A DNA stretch of 35,403 bases from a bacterium. GTDB taxonomy: Bacteria > Auribacterota > UBA3054. This document shows, piece by piece, positions 15,625 to 24,212 of this stretch (position 1 is its first letter; every line of letters starts with the position of its first letter). The stretch lies in NCBI GenBank assembly GCA_017444325.1, contig JAFSWV010000034.1, positions 1 to 35,403 of the forward strand, in the 5' to 3' direction. A model generated the notes under the pieces. It worked only from the letters and a program-made list of their open reading frames with translations, made no database searches and was not told the DNA's origin. A program made the translations under genes and the position numbers.

Positions 15625-16074
15625 ATGAAACAGCTCGGTAACTTCCTCGCCTCCATACTCGTTTTGCTGGCGATCGTCTTCATCATCTTCCTTATTTACA
15701 AGGGAGCTCAGTTCCTGTCGGCCTTCATAGCGCCTCTGACCTTCATTTCTCCCACTGTCATAGGCATAGGCGTAATACTTGTCATCCTCTCCTTGATACC
15801 GGGCTTAACGAGGCCCCTGCTGCCCCCGATCCTCATTGTTTCCTATATCCTGGGCTTTTTCCTCTTCGTATTTTCCGCCTATCTGACCCTGAACGTCTTC
15901 AACGTAGTCTGGCTCATAGTCGGCATTCTGCTTTGCGGCTTTGGTATCGTGCCAATCGCTATAATCGCCTGCATCGTCTCGGCCGCCTGGCCGGCGCTCT
16001 GGCATATCCTTATCATGCTCATCGCTGCCGCCCTCTTCCGCGTTTACGTGGCTAAAAGAGCCATAAACGGGTGA
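15625..16074 (+). CDS. Polytopic membrane protein (about 4-5 TM helices), unknown function
   Basis: 149 aa, almost entirely hydrophobic. It starts 15 nt downstream of the XPB stop. Confidence 0.65.
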   Translation: MKQLGNFLASILVLLAIVFIIFLIYKGAQFLSAFIAPLTFISPTVIGIGVILVILSLIPGLTRPLLPPILIVSYILGFFLFVFSAYLTLNVFNVVWLIVGILLCGFGIVPIAIIACIVSAAWPALWHILIMLIAAALFRVYVAKRAING

Positions 16075-16081
16075 CTCGCAT

Positions 16082-16110
16082 TTCACTTTAATGGCTAAAT
16101 AAGGTATAAT
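16082..16110 (+). promoter_or_regulatory. Sigma-70-type promoter for the DUF805 gene: TTCACT, 17-nt spacer, TATAAT (16105-16110)
   Basis: The -10 box is perfect and the -35 box matches 4 of 6 positions. An AAGGAG RBS at 16141-16146 sits 7 nt before the ATG at 16154. Confidence 0.45.
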
Positions 16111-16153
16111 AAACTAGACATTAACCTTTATCCAACAAATAAGGAGTATCATC

Positions 16154-16444
16154 ATGAACGAACTCATTAGCTTCTTCACCAATATCCTGAACTTCAGCGG
16201 CAAGACAAATCAGAAAGGCTACATCATTCCCCTCGTTGTCTGCCTGATCGTTGGCATAATTTTCGGCGGTGCTTTGGGAACTGTCGGCAAGATTATTGCC
16301 ATCATCGTTTTTATCGCGACGATCTCCCTGACGGTCCGCCGCCTGCACGATTCCGGCCATACTGGCTGGTGGGCTCTTCTTTTCATCTGCCCCCCTGCCG
16401 GACTTATTTTGGAAATCATCCTTTGCTTCCTGCCCAGCAAATAA
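16154..16444 (+). CDS. DUF805-family inner-membrane protein
   Basis: 96 aa. Contains the signature ...TVRRLHDSGHTGWWALL... flanked by TM helices. Confidence 0.8.
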   Translation: MNELISFFTNILNFSGKTNQKGYIIPLVVCLIVGIIFGGALGTVGKIIAIIVFIATISLTVRRLHDSGHTGWWALLFICPPAGLILEIILCFLPSK

Positions 16445-16461
16445 GCTGAACTTCAAGCAAT

Positions 16462-16495
16462 AAAAAAAGGAAGGTCGCAAGACCTTCCTTTTTTT
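16462..16495. terminator. Bidirectional rho-independent terminator
   Basis: The stem GGAAGGTC (16469-16476) pairs with GACCTTCC (16481-16488) around the loop GCAA. An A7 run precedes it and a T7 run follows. It lies 18 nt after the DUF805 stop. Confidence 0.85.
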
Positions 16496-16520
16496 ATTTT
16501 TTAGTTTAGTTTTCGAAGTA

Positions 16521-16690
16521 TGGCGTATACCCCTTAGCGAACTCACTCTTAAGTGTGAACGAAGCACATATCCCTAAGCGAACTCACGGAGGATGCTAAT
16601 CAAGGCCACGCACGCGTAGTCCGTGAGCGAGGGATATTGTGCTTCGTTCATACGGAACGCGTAGTCCGTGAGCGGGGGATATTATGCCGC
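16521..16690. repeat. Nested quasi-palindromic repeat element, copy 2 (same family as 3559-3757, opposite orientation)
   Basis: The motif CCC(c/t)(t/a)AGCGAACTCAC occurs at 16530-16546 and 16571-16589. The motif TAGTCCGTGAGCG(a/g)GGGA occurs at 16617-16634 and 16661-16679. Inner stem arms are 16557-16571 and 16634-16649. The central loop GGATGCTAATCAAGGCCACGCACGCG is nearly identical to the reverse complement of 3639-3665. Confidence 0.85.
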
Positions 16691-16704
16691 GACCGGAGGA
16701 AAAC

Positions 16705-17874
16705 CTATATTGTCGGGATCCATTCGGCAATCCGCTTCACAGCTTCTTCAAGCACATCCATCGACGTCGCGAAAGAGAGCCTCAGATGCCCCTCGCCGCC
16801 GAAAGCGCTTCCCGGGACCGTCGCGACGTAAGCGTCCTCAAGAAGACGCATAGCCGCTTCGTGGCTCGAAAGACCCCAGCCGGAAATGTTCGGGAAAACG
16901 TAGAAGGTGCCGCGGGGGTTCGGACACTGGACGCCGGGCAGTTCGTTCAAAGCCTGGACGATGTATTTTCTCCTTTCGTCGAAGCTCTCAAGCATGCGCT
17001 GGACGCAGGCCTGGTCGTCGCGCAAGGCGACTACGCCGCCGTACTGGGCGAAAGTCGTCATACCGGAAGTGGACTGGTCCTGCAGTCTCTTGATGGCGTC
17101 GGAGGCCTCCAAGGACGGGCAGGCGACGTATCCAAGGCGCCAGCCGGTCATGGAGTAAGTTTTGGCGTAGCCGTTGATCGTGAAAACGCGGTCGTAAAGG
17201 TCTGGCAGAGCCGCAGCGAAACTGACGTGCTTGAAACCGTCGTAAACAAGATGCTCGTAGATCTCGTCGGAAACGACAGCGACGTCAGGATGTTTTCTAA
17301 GAACGGCGCCCAGAGCTCTTATCTCCTCTTCGGAATAAGCCTGTCCGGTGGGGTTCGTGGGAGTGTTTATGATGAGCGCTCTGGTCTTGTCGGTGATGGC
17401 GGCTTCCAGTTGTTCCGGCTTCATTAGGAAGCGGTCTTCCTCTTTGGTCTGGACGAACACGGGAACGCCGCCAGCCAGCGTCACTATTTCGGGATAGCTG
17501 ACCCAGTAAGGAGCCGGGATAATGACTTCGTCGCCCGGATCAAGAAGGATCTGGAAAACGCAATAGACGCTGTGCTTGGCGCCGGTGTTCACGACGATCT
17601 GCTGGGGCAGGTAATTGAGGTGGTTCTCTCTCTGGAATTTCTTGGCAATGACTTCTCTCAGCGGCAGGATGCCGTTGGTGGCTGCGTATTTCGTTTTACC
17701 GGCCTTCAGGGCGTCGATGCAGGCGCGGCAGATGTGCTCCGGAGTCGGGAAGTCCGGCTCGCCCACCGCCATCGAGATTACCTGGTATCCCTGGGCTTTC
17801 AGTTCGTTGGCCTTGTTGTTTATTGAAAGCGTGGCCGACGGTTTGACAGATCTGATACGTGAACTAAGCTTCAT
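16705..17874 (-). CDS. Class-I pyridoxal-phosphate aminotransferase (aspartate/aromatic aminotransferase-like)
   Basis: 389 aa. Contains ...SVKPSATLSINNKANELKAQG... and the PLP-lysine context YAKTYSMTGWRLGY. Confidence 0.88.
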   Translation of the reverse strand: MKLSSRIRSVKPSATLSINNKANELKAQGYQVISMAVGEPDFPTPEHICRACIDALKAGKTKYAATNGILPLREVIAKKFQRENHLNYLPQQIVVNTGAKHSVYCVFQILLDPGDEVIIPAPYWVSYPEIVTLAGGVPVFVQTKEEDRFLMKPEQLEAAITDKTRALIINTPTNPTGQAYSEEEIRALGAVLRKHPDVAVVSDEIYEHLVYDGFKHVSFAAALPDLYDRVFTINGYAKTYSMTGWRLGYVACPSLEASDAIKRLQDQSTSGMTTFAQYGGVVALRDDQACVQRMLESFDERRKYIVQALNELPGVQCPNPRGTFYVFPNISGWGLSSHEAAMRLLEDAYVATVPGSAFGGEGHLRLSFATSMDVLEEAVKRIAEWIPTI

Positions 17875-17875
17875 T

Positions 17876-18883
17876 TTAATTTACGAAAGTTGAAAAAACA
17901 TCAGCGCCGAGATCCCCAGGTCCTTTTTTCTTGAAGACCTGGTAACCTCTGGCGGCTATCATACGCGCGTTGTCAGTGCAGAGAGGTAAGGAAGGAAAAA
18001 TAACTTTTAGGGCTTCTTTGCCGCGTGAGCGGTTCTTGAAAAGTTCTCTAAGACGGCTGTTGGAGCTTACTCCGCCGCCCACAACAATAGTTTTGACTTT
18101 GAATTCCCTGGCGGCATTGATGGCCTTTTTCACCAGGACGTCCATGATCGCTTCGACATAGTCCGCGGCGACGTTGCAGAGCGCTTCCTCGCTTTTGGGA
18201 GGATTTTTCTGCACATGGTAAAGAAGCGCGGTCTTGACGCCGGAAAAACTGAAGTCGAAAGAAGGCTTAAGATAAGATCTCGGGAACCTCGTTCCATCCG
18301 GCGTTCCCTTTTTGCCTTTCTCGGCGCGCAGGGCGAGATTCAAGCCGCCCGGCATGGGGAGACCCAGGATCTTCGCGCCTTTGTCAAGCGCTTCGCCGGC
18401 CGCGTCGTCCCTGGTGCGGCCAATGATCTCGTAGTCGTCAGTCGCTCTTACCAAGGCCAGCAAAGTGTGTCCGCCGGAAATGACCAGCGCCAGGAAAGGA
18501 TACTCCACCTCGTTCTCCGCCGTGGCCGCGAACATGTGGGCCTCGATATGGTTGACGGGAACGAAGGGCTTCCCTGCAGAGAGCGCCAGGCCTTTGGCGA
18601 AAGTGAGTCCGACAATAAGAGCGCCCGTGAGCCCGGGGCCGTTGGTAGCCGCAATAAGGTCAACGTCCGAAAGTTTTACGTCCGCCTTCTTCAGCAGATC
18701 CCTGGTGATGTTGGGAACAGCTTCCAGATGGCTGCGGCTGGCCAGTTCCGGAACCACGCCGCCGTAGGGGTCGTGGATCTGGTACTGACGCGAAACGACT
18801 TCAGAGAATTGCTCTTTGCTGCCGGGGCGGTAAAGCGCCACGGCCGTGTCGTCGCAGGAACTCTCGATGCCAAGAACGATCAC
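17876..18883 (-). CDS. tsaD: tRNA N6-adenosine threonylcarbamoyltransferase
   Basis: 335 aa with a GTG start. It begins (M)IVLGIESSCDDTAVAL and contains HxxxH-type metal-ligand regions (NHIEAH). This is the Kae1/TsaD family. Confidence 0.9.
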   Translation of the reverse strand: MIVLGIESSCDDTAVALYRPGSKEQFSEVVSRQYQIHDPYGGVVPELASRSHLEAVPNITRDLLKKADVKLSDVDLIAATNGPGLTGALIVGLTFAKGLALSAGKPFVPVNHIEAHMFAATAENEVEYPFLALVISGGHTLLALVRATDDYEIIGRTRDDAAGEALDKGAKILGLPMPGGLNLALRAEKGKKGTPDGTRFPRSYLKPSFDFSFSGVKTALLYHVQKNPPKSEEALCNVAADYVEAIMDVLVKKAINAAREFKVKTIVVGGGVSSNSRLRELFKNRSRGKEALKVIFPSLPLCTDNARMIAARGYQVFKKKGPGDLGADVFSTFVN

Positions 18884-19306
18884 TTACTTTTTCTTGATCG
18901 TTACAATGTCTCTGACGAATTCCACGTAGTAGACTTCGCACCATTTGTCCAGGACAAACTCGAAAGAACGGACCTTCTGCTTGTCCGCCTCGGCTTCTCC
19001 GACCCTCATTCCGAGAGAATCTTTTTCGGAGTAATCAACTTCCGTCTTGAAATACTTGTGCAGGGCCGCCCAGTCGAGCTTATAGTTGTCCCTAAGCCTC
19101 ACGTGTATTTTCTTCCAGGTGTAGGTCTCGTCGTCCTTGGTCTTTGTAGTCTCCTCGAACTGGCTCTGGAGAATGTCGCTCTTGGTATAGCCAAGGGCTG
19201 AAATAGCCAGGTCGATTTCCTTTTGGGTGTTAGCCACACGGTTGGAGAGCGTGGAGGCGCAGCCCGAGAGCAGAATAACTGCCATGATCGCCAGAATTTT
19301 TTTCAT
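18884..19306 (-). CDS. Lipoprotein of unknown function
   Basis: 140 aa. The signal peptide MKKILAIMAVILLSGC carries a lipobox (LLSGC). The stop abuts the tsaD start. Confidence 0.75.
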   Translation of the reverse strand: MKKILAIMAVILLSGCASTLSNRVANTQKEIDLAISALGYTKSDILQSQFEETTKTKDDETYTWKKIHVRLRDNYKLDWAALHKYFKTEVDYSEKDSLGMRVGEAEADKQKVRSFEFVLDKWCEVYYVEFVRDIVTIKKK

Positions 19307-19355
19307 ATCTATGTCCGTTCCTTTGATTTTTTACTTATAAAAAACCCAAATGGAT

Positions 19356-19364
19356 ATTTTATCA
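19356..19364 (-). promoter_or_regulatory. Possible extended -10 element (TGaTAAAAT on the - strand) for the lipoprotein-tsaD-aminotransferase unit
   Basis: The reverse complement of 19356-19364 is TGATAAAAT. It lies 14 nt downstream of the pilD stop and about 50 nt upstream of the ATG at 19306. Confidence 0.3.
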
Positions 19365-19377
19365 AAAAGATTCTTTT

Positions 19378-20232
19378 TTATTTGCCGATTATGAGACCCC
19401 AGTACCAGCCTATGATCATTTGTCCCCAGAAATAGGCGATGAAGGCGGAAAGAGAAAGGTAAGGCCCGAAGGGGATCTCGACTTTCTTCTCCCCCTTTGA
19501 GAGCGCTCTCAAGGTTAGCCCGCCCACGCAGCCAATTATGGAGGCCAGAAAGATCGTCATGAGGATTCTTGGCCAATTGAGGAAGGGCGTAAGCATGAAC
19601 ATAAGATGCACGTCTCCCAAGCCCAGAGCCTCCCTTTTGAAAACGAAGCCGCCAACAATCCTCACGATCCACATCAAGACTCCTCCCGCCAGCGCCGCAA
19701 AGAAAAGCTCGACGGTTAGCGTCAGTCTGTCGGGAGCAGGATAAACCTGAGGCATGGCATAAACTATGATCATTCCCAGAATGAAGGTCGTCAGAGTTAT
19801 TTCGTAAGGGATTATCATATCCCTGGCGTCAACCACGGTTATGGCCAGAAGCGAGGAGAAAAGGACGACATCCCTTAGGTAAGCGACAGCCGCAGGCAGC
19901 ACCACCTGATAATCGATCGGCTCCGTCGGCAAGAACGGCAGCAGACCGCGGAAGCGGAAATAGCAGAGCACGGTAAAGGCGACTCCGGTTATCAGCTCAA
20001 CGAAAAAATACTGGCAGCTAAACGGCGCGCCGCACATGGCGCACTTCCCTCTCAATACGAGGTAACTGACGATCGGTATGTTGTGATACCACGGGATGGG
20101 CTTGTCGCAGGAAAAGCAGTGGGAATTCCGGCGCCAGAGCGATTCGTCCTTAGGAAGCCTGAGTATGACCACGTTCAGGAAGGAACCGATCGACGCTCCG
20201 AAAAGGAAAGAGAAAACGAGGAAGATCAGCAT
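19378..20232 (-). CDS. pilD: Prepilin peptidase / N-methyltransferase (peptidase A24 family)
   Basis: 284 aa. The N-terminal Cys-rich region is CFSCDKPIPWYHNIPIVSYLVLRGKCAMCG. The body is polytopic, with GLGDV as the second catalytic Asp context. Confidence 0.88.
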   Translation of the reverse strand: MLIFLVFSFLFGASIGSFLNVVILRLPKDESLWRRNSHCFSCDKPIPWYHNIPIVSYLVLRGKCAMCGAPFSCQYFFVELITGVAFTVLCYFRFRGLLPFLPTEPIDYQVVLPAAVAYLRDVVLFSSLLAITVVDARDMIIPYEITLTTFILGMIIVYAMPQVYPAPDRLTLTVELFFAALAGGVLMWIVRIVGGFVFKREALGLGDVHLMFMLTPFLNWPRILMTIFLASIIGCVGGLTLRALSKGEKKVEIPFGPYLSLSAFIAYFWGQMIIGWYWGLIIGK

Positions 20233-21626
20233 GAGTCACCGCCTTTTTTGCCGCTCCAGTGCGTTGCGCCCGGAAGTTCAAGAGTTGCTTCCAGTATGTC
20301 GTCGCCGCTCGACACCGCGGCGCTCTTTGCTATGCGCCAGCCCGCTATCCATGCAACTGAATCATTCGAAAAAAGCATGGGGATCTCTTTGCGCAGAAAA
20401 AGCGGTAATTTGGCGTCCGTCATCATGTCGCCCGCCTTGCGTTCCGGTCCGTTCGTCGGAGTGTAGCGCAAGCCGGCGGAAAAAGCGGAAACAATGTAAG
20501 CGTCCGCCTTAAGGTATTCCCTGTAAGTCACGCTCTCCCCTTTCAGCCATCTGAGCCAGCCGGCGCCGTTGTCGGAAAAGCCCAGTCCCCTCGCTTCAGC
20601 TTTTTTGATTTTGAGCGCACTCTGGAAAAATTCTTTCAAAGAAACTTGCTCGCTGTAAAAAACGAGCTTGTCGTCCAGTCTTATCCAGCGGATGCCGCCG
20701 GCGGGCTGGAAGTCCGGTTCCGTTCCGTTTTTCAGACAAGCAAGAACTTTGTCTGTCATTTCGAAGTCCCAGTTCCCCTCCTCGGCGGCCAAAACACGCA
20801 GCACCTCGCGCTGCAAGGCCGTTTTGGCATTAAGGAAGGCTGAGTAATCGACTATCGTGCCGAAGGGGGCGTTTAGAGCGTTCTGGCGCAAGAAATCTTC
20901 GGCCGCTCCCCTTACGAATTCCCATTGCTCACAAAGCTGTTTGGCGGTCCGACGGAATTTAAGCGTAAGATCTCCGCCGGCGCGCTCCCCAAGTTTCGGC
21001 AGTATCTCGTGCCGCAGCCAGTTCCGCGTGTAACTCTGATCTCTGTTGGTGCTGTCGGTGCGGTAAGCCAGTTTATGTTCAAGGCAGTAGTCCACGCAAT
21101 CTTTCGCTTTAAGTTCCAAAAGCGGCCGAAAGACGGTAAGATCGTAAGCGATCTCTTTGAAAAGGTCGTTTATCTTTGCGCTTTCGTTGAGCCCTGATAA
21201 TCCCTTTAAGCCAGAACCGCGCATCAGGTGCATCAGCATCGTCTCAGCAACGTCGTCGGCGTGGTGGGCGGTCAGGAGGCAGTGAATGTCCTCTTTTTCG
21301 CAAACGGTAGCGAACCAAAGGTAGCGCAGCTTCCTGGCCAGCGCCTCCTGGTTCTCCCCTTTCGGAGGGTTAGCGAGCAGGCCGGCTTCCGCCTTGCCGA
21401 GGAAAAACTTTACGCCGAGAGCCTTTGCAAAACGTTCGCAGAAAGCTGCGTCTTCGGCGCTCTCCGTTCCTCTGATCCCGTGGTCAAAATGCAATGCGAC
21501 TATCTTTTCCGGTCCGAAATACTCTATGGAAGCATGGAGCAAGGCCAGAGAATCGGCGCCGCCGGAACAGGCCACGGCGTAACGCTCGAATGCGGGCAGT
21601 TTTCCTAACGCTTCCCTAATATCCAT
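20226..21626 (-). CDS. tilS: tRNA(Ile)-lysidine synthase
   Basis: 466 aa. The PP-loop is VACSGGADSLALL, with TilS-type substrate-binding and C-terminal domains. It overlaps pilD by 7 nt and shares a TGATG junction with mutS. Confidence 0.88.
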   Translation of the reverse strand: MDIREALGKLPAFERYAVACSGGADSLALLHASIEYFGPEKIVALHFDHGIRGTESAEDAAFCERFAKALGVKFFLGKAEAGLLANPPKGENQEALARKLRYLWFATVCEKEDIHCLLTAHHADDVAETMLMHLMRGSGLKGLSGLNESAKINDLFKEIAYDLTVFRPLLELKAKDCVDYCLEHKLAYRTDSTNRDQSYTRNWLRHEILPKLGERAGGDLTLKFRRTAKQLCEQWEFVRGAAEDFLRQNALNAPFGTIVDYSAFLNAKTALQREVLRVLAAEEGNWDFEMTDKVLACLKNGTEPDFQPAGGIRWIRLDDKLVFYSEQVSLKEFFQSALKIKKAEARGLGFSDNGAGWLRWLKGESVTYREYLKADAYIVSAFSAGLRYTPTNGPERKAGDMMTDAKLPLFLRKEIPMLFSNDSVAWIAGWRIAKSAAVSSGDDILEATLELPGATHWSGKKGGDSC

Positions 21627-24211
21627 CAGAACAGCTCCATTTGCGACGCTTCGGCAGGCGCCGGCGTTTCGGCAGGTTCCTCCACCTTGAGATCCTCGGC
21701 AACCGCTTGCGTAGCGGGCTCAACGCTCTTTCCTTCAAGGCCAGAAAGGATCCTTTCCGCCCTTTCGATGACCGGCTTGGGAAGGCCGGCCAGCTTCGCC
21801 ACATGAATACCGTAGCTGCGGTTGGTGCCGCCTCTGACGATCTCATGCAAAAAGGAGATGGTCTTGCCGTTCTCCCAGACCGCCACGTTGTAATTCACGA
21901 CGCCCGGCATCGTCTCCTCGAGCTTTATGAGCTCGTGATAGTGGGTGGCGAAAAGCGTCCTGGCTTTCACCTTAGTTTCGGAATTCAGGAAATCAACGAC
22001 CGCCCAGGCAATGGCAAGCCCGTCGTAAGTGGAGGTGCCGCGGCCGATCTCGTCGAGGATGATCAAACTCCTGGGCGTGGCGTTGTGAAGAATGTTGGCG
22101 GTCTCCGTCATTTCGACCATGAAGGTCGATTGCCCCCTGCTCAGTTCGTCGCTGGCGCCCACTCTGGTAAAGATCTGGTCGGCCAAGCCAATCTCGGCCT
22201 CCTCCGCGGGAATGAAGATGCCGCTCTGGGCCATAAGCACAAGAAGCGCCACCTGGCGGATGTAGGTCGATTTGCCGGCCATGTTAGGGCCTGTCAGAAG
22301 CACGATCTGGTCGCTGGTGGTGTTGAGGAACGTATCGTTTGGAACGAAGCGCTTGTCGGGCAGCAGACGCTCAACGACTGGATGGCGCCCTTTCTTGATA
22401 ACGAGCCTGGTATCGGTAAAGATCTTCGGCCTTCTGTAATCCCGCTGCAAGGCGATCCAGGACAAGGACTGGAAGACGTCGAGAGAGGCGACCGCGGCGG
22501 CGCTCTCCTGGATCCTCTGGTGATTCTTCAAAACTTCCTGGCGCAATTCCTGGAAAAGCTCGCCCTCAAGTTCCAAGGCCCGCTCCTCCGCATGCAGGAT
22601 GCGGTTCTCGAGTTCCTTCAGTTCCGGCGTGATGAAGCGCTCGCCGTTCACGACCGTCTGCTTCCTGATGTATTCAGGCGGCACCTGGTCGAGATACGAC
22701 CGGGAGACTTCGATGTAATAGCCGAAGACTTTCGTGTAGCCGACCTTCAGCTTCTTGATGCCGGTCTTCTGGGCTTCCTTGTTCTGAAGCTCCGCGATAT
22801 AATTCTTAGTGTTCGTCGAGAGTTCCCTGACTTCGTCGAGCTCAGCGTTGTAGCCGTCCCTTATGATACCGCCGTCCATCAGGCGCAAGGGAGGATCGTC
22901 GGAAAGCGCGCGGTCAAGCAGATCCGTCAATTCCGGCAGAGGCGTCAGTTTTTCGCAAATGTCTTCCAGAAGCGCGTAGCGGTCTTCATTGGGGAAAAGC
23001 TCCTCGGAGCGCGCCTTCGCCAGCGACTCCATGACGTAGCCGCGCAAAGCGGGCAGCTGATGCAGGCAGTAACGCAGGGCAAGAAGATCCCTCGGCGTTC
23101 CGTAGCCGGTCGAAAGCCTGCTGACGAGCTTCTCAAGATCGCCGAAGTTTCTGAGCGCTTCCTTTATCTCCATGAGTTCGCCCTGGCGCGACATCAGAAG
23201 CTCGATGGCGTCGTAGCGCGCCTCGATGCTCTGTTTCTCGACCAGGGGCGCCAGAAGGAAGGAGCGCAGCATCCTGGAGCCCATGGGCGTCGCGGTCTCG
23301 TCCAGCACGGAGAAAAGCGTGCCTTCCGTTCCGCCTTCGCGCATGGAGCGCACAAGCTCCAAATTTCTCCTGGTGTGCTCGCCCAGACGCATGAAATTCG
23401 ATTTCTCGTAATACCTCAGCCCCATGATATGATCGAGGGGCAGCATGGCGAAATTCTCTTTGATGTAGCGCAGCGCGGCGCCGGCGCACATCACGCCGCA
23501 AACTTTGTCGGCGCAGCCGAAGCCGTCCAGTGAAGCGACCTGGAAATGGGATAGAAGCACATTGCAGCCGTCGTCAAAATAAAGGTCGTCGATCCCCATG
23601 ACCAGCGCGTTCTGGATAACGCTCAAAGCCGGCTGCCATATGCTTTCCCCGCTCTCCGGATAAATGATCTCCGTCGGCTGCAGACGGCGCAGTTCCTCCA
23701 CGGCCTCCTCGCAGGAATTCATTTCCGTCATCTCGAAACTGCCGGTGGCCACGTCCAGGAAAGCGGCGCCGAAAACTTCCCTGCCCTTGATCTTGACGGA
23801 ACAGACCGTGGCCAGGAAATTGTTGCCCTGCTTAGAGGCCTGCTCGTCGTCCAAGTTCGTGGAAGGCGTCACGATCCTGGTTATTTCGCGCTTGACAAGT
23901 CCTTTCGCCTTCTTGGGATCTTCCATCTGATCGCAGACCGCCACTCTGCGCCGCATCTTGACAAGCTTCCCTATGTAGCTTTCCGCGGCGTGGTAAGGCA
24001 CGCCGCACATCGGCATATTGACGCGGTGCGTCAAAGTCAGGCCGAGGAGCGTCGAGACTTCCCTGGCGTCGTCGTCGAACAGTTCGTAAAAGTCGCCCAA
24101 ACGGAAGAAGAGCAGCATCCCGGGATACTTGCGCTTCATTTCGAAATACTGGCGCATCATGGGCGTCTCGTAATCGGCGGGAGATGGTGTTCTGTTTTCT
24201 TTCTCTTTCAT
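21626..24211 (-). CDS. mutS: DNA mismatch repair protein MutS
   Basis: 861 aa. The N-terminus is TPMMRQYFEMK...LLFFRLGDFYELF. Walker A is GPNMAGKST. The extreme C-terminus QMELF looks like a beta-clamp-binding motif. Confidence 0.95.
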   Translation of the reverse strand: MKEKENRTPSPADYETPMMRQYFEMKRKYPGMLLFFRLGDFYELFDDDAREVSTLLGLTLTHRVNMPMCGVPYHAAESYIGKLVKMRRRVAVCDQMEDPKKAKGLVKREITRIVTPSTNLDDEQASKQGNNFLATVCSVKIKGREVFGAAFLDVATGSFEMTEMNSCEEAVEELRRLQPTEIIYPESGESIWQPALSVIQNALVMGIDDLYFDDGCNVLLSHFQVASLDGFGCADKVCGVMCAGAALRYIKENFAMLPLDHIMGLRYYEKSNFMRLGEHTRRNLELVRSMREGGTEGTLFSVLDETATPMGSRMLRSFLLAPLVEKQSIEARYDAIELLMSRQGELMEIKEALRNFGDLEKLVSRLSTGYGTPRDLLALRYCLHQLPALRGYVMESLAKARSEELFPNEDRYALLEDICEKLTPLPELTDLLDRALSDDPPLRLMDGGIIRDGYNAELDEVRELSTNTKNYIAELQNKEAQKTGIKKLKVGYTKVFGYYIEVSRSYLDQVPPEYIRKQTVVNGERFITPELKELENRILHAEERALELEGELFQELRQEVLKNHQRIQESAAAVASLDVFQSLSWIALQRDYRRPKIFTDTRLVIKKGRHPVVERLLPDKRFVPNDTFLNTTSDQIVLLTGPNMAGKSTYIRQVALLVLMAQSGIFIPAEEAEIGLADQIFTRVGASDELSRGQSTFMVEMTETANILHNATPRSLIILDEIGRGTSTYDGLAIAWAVVDFLNSETKVKARTLFATHYHELIKLEETMPGVVNYNVAVWENGKTISFLHEIVRGGTNRSYGIHVAKLAGLPKPVIERAERILSGLEGKSVEPATQAVAEDLKVEEPAETPAPAEASQMELF

Positions 24212-24212
24212 T

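Noticed and set aside
3559-16690. The two nested-hairpin elements are in inverted orientation and bracket a 12.8-kb segment. This suggests a composite transposon or an invertible segment.
   Set aside because: The bracketed genes include core housekeeping functions (murB, rpoN) and no transposase, integrase or invertase. Each element is itself nearly palindromic, so orientation carries little meaning. Dispersed REP/MITE-like copies are the simpler explanation.
21641-23533. A 630-aa ORF on the + strand, and other long ORFs: 25..876(+), 1450..2313(+), 11737..13110(-), 18215..19201(+), 27388..28212(+), 32431..33249(+), 5795..6577(-), 14992..15612(-).
   Set aside because: All lie antisense to genes with unmistakable conserved motifs (mutS, accC, the XPB partner, tsaD, lipA, aroKB, murB, XPB). 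Their products are Arg/Gly/Ala/Leu-rich low-information sequences typical of shadow ORFs in moderately GC-rich coding DNA.
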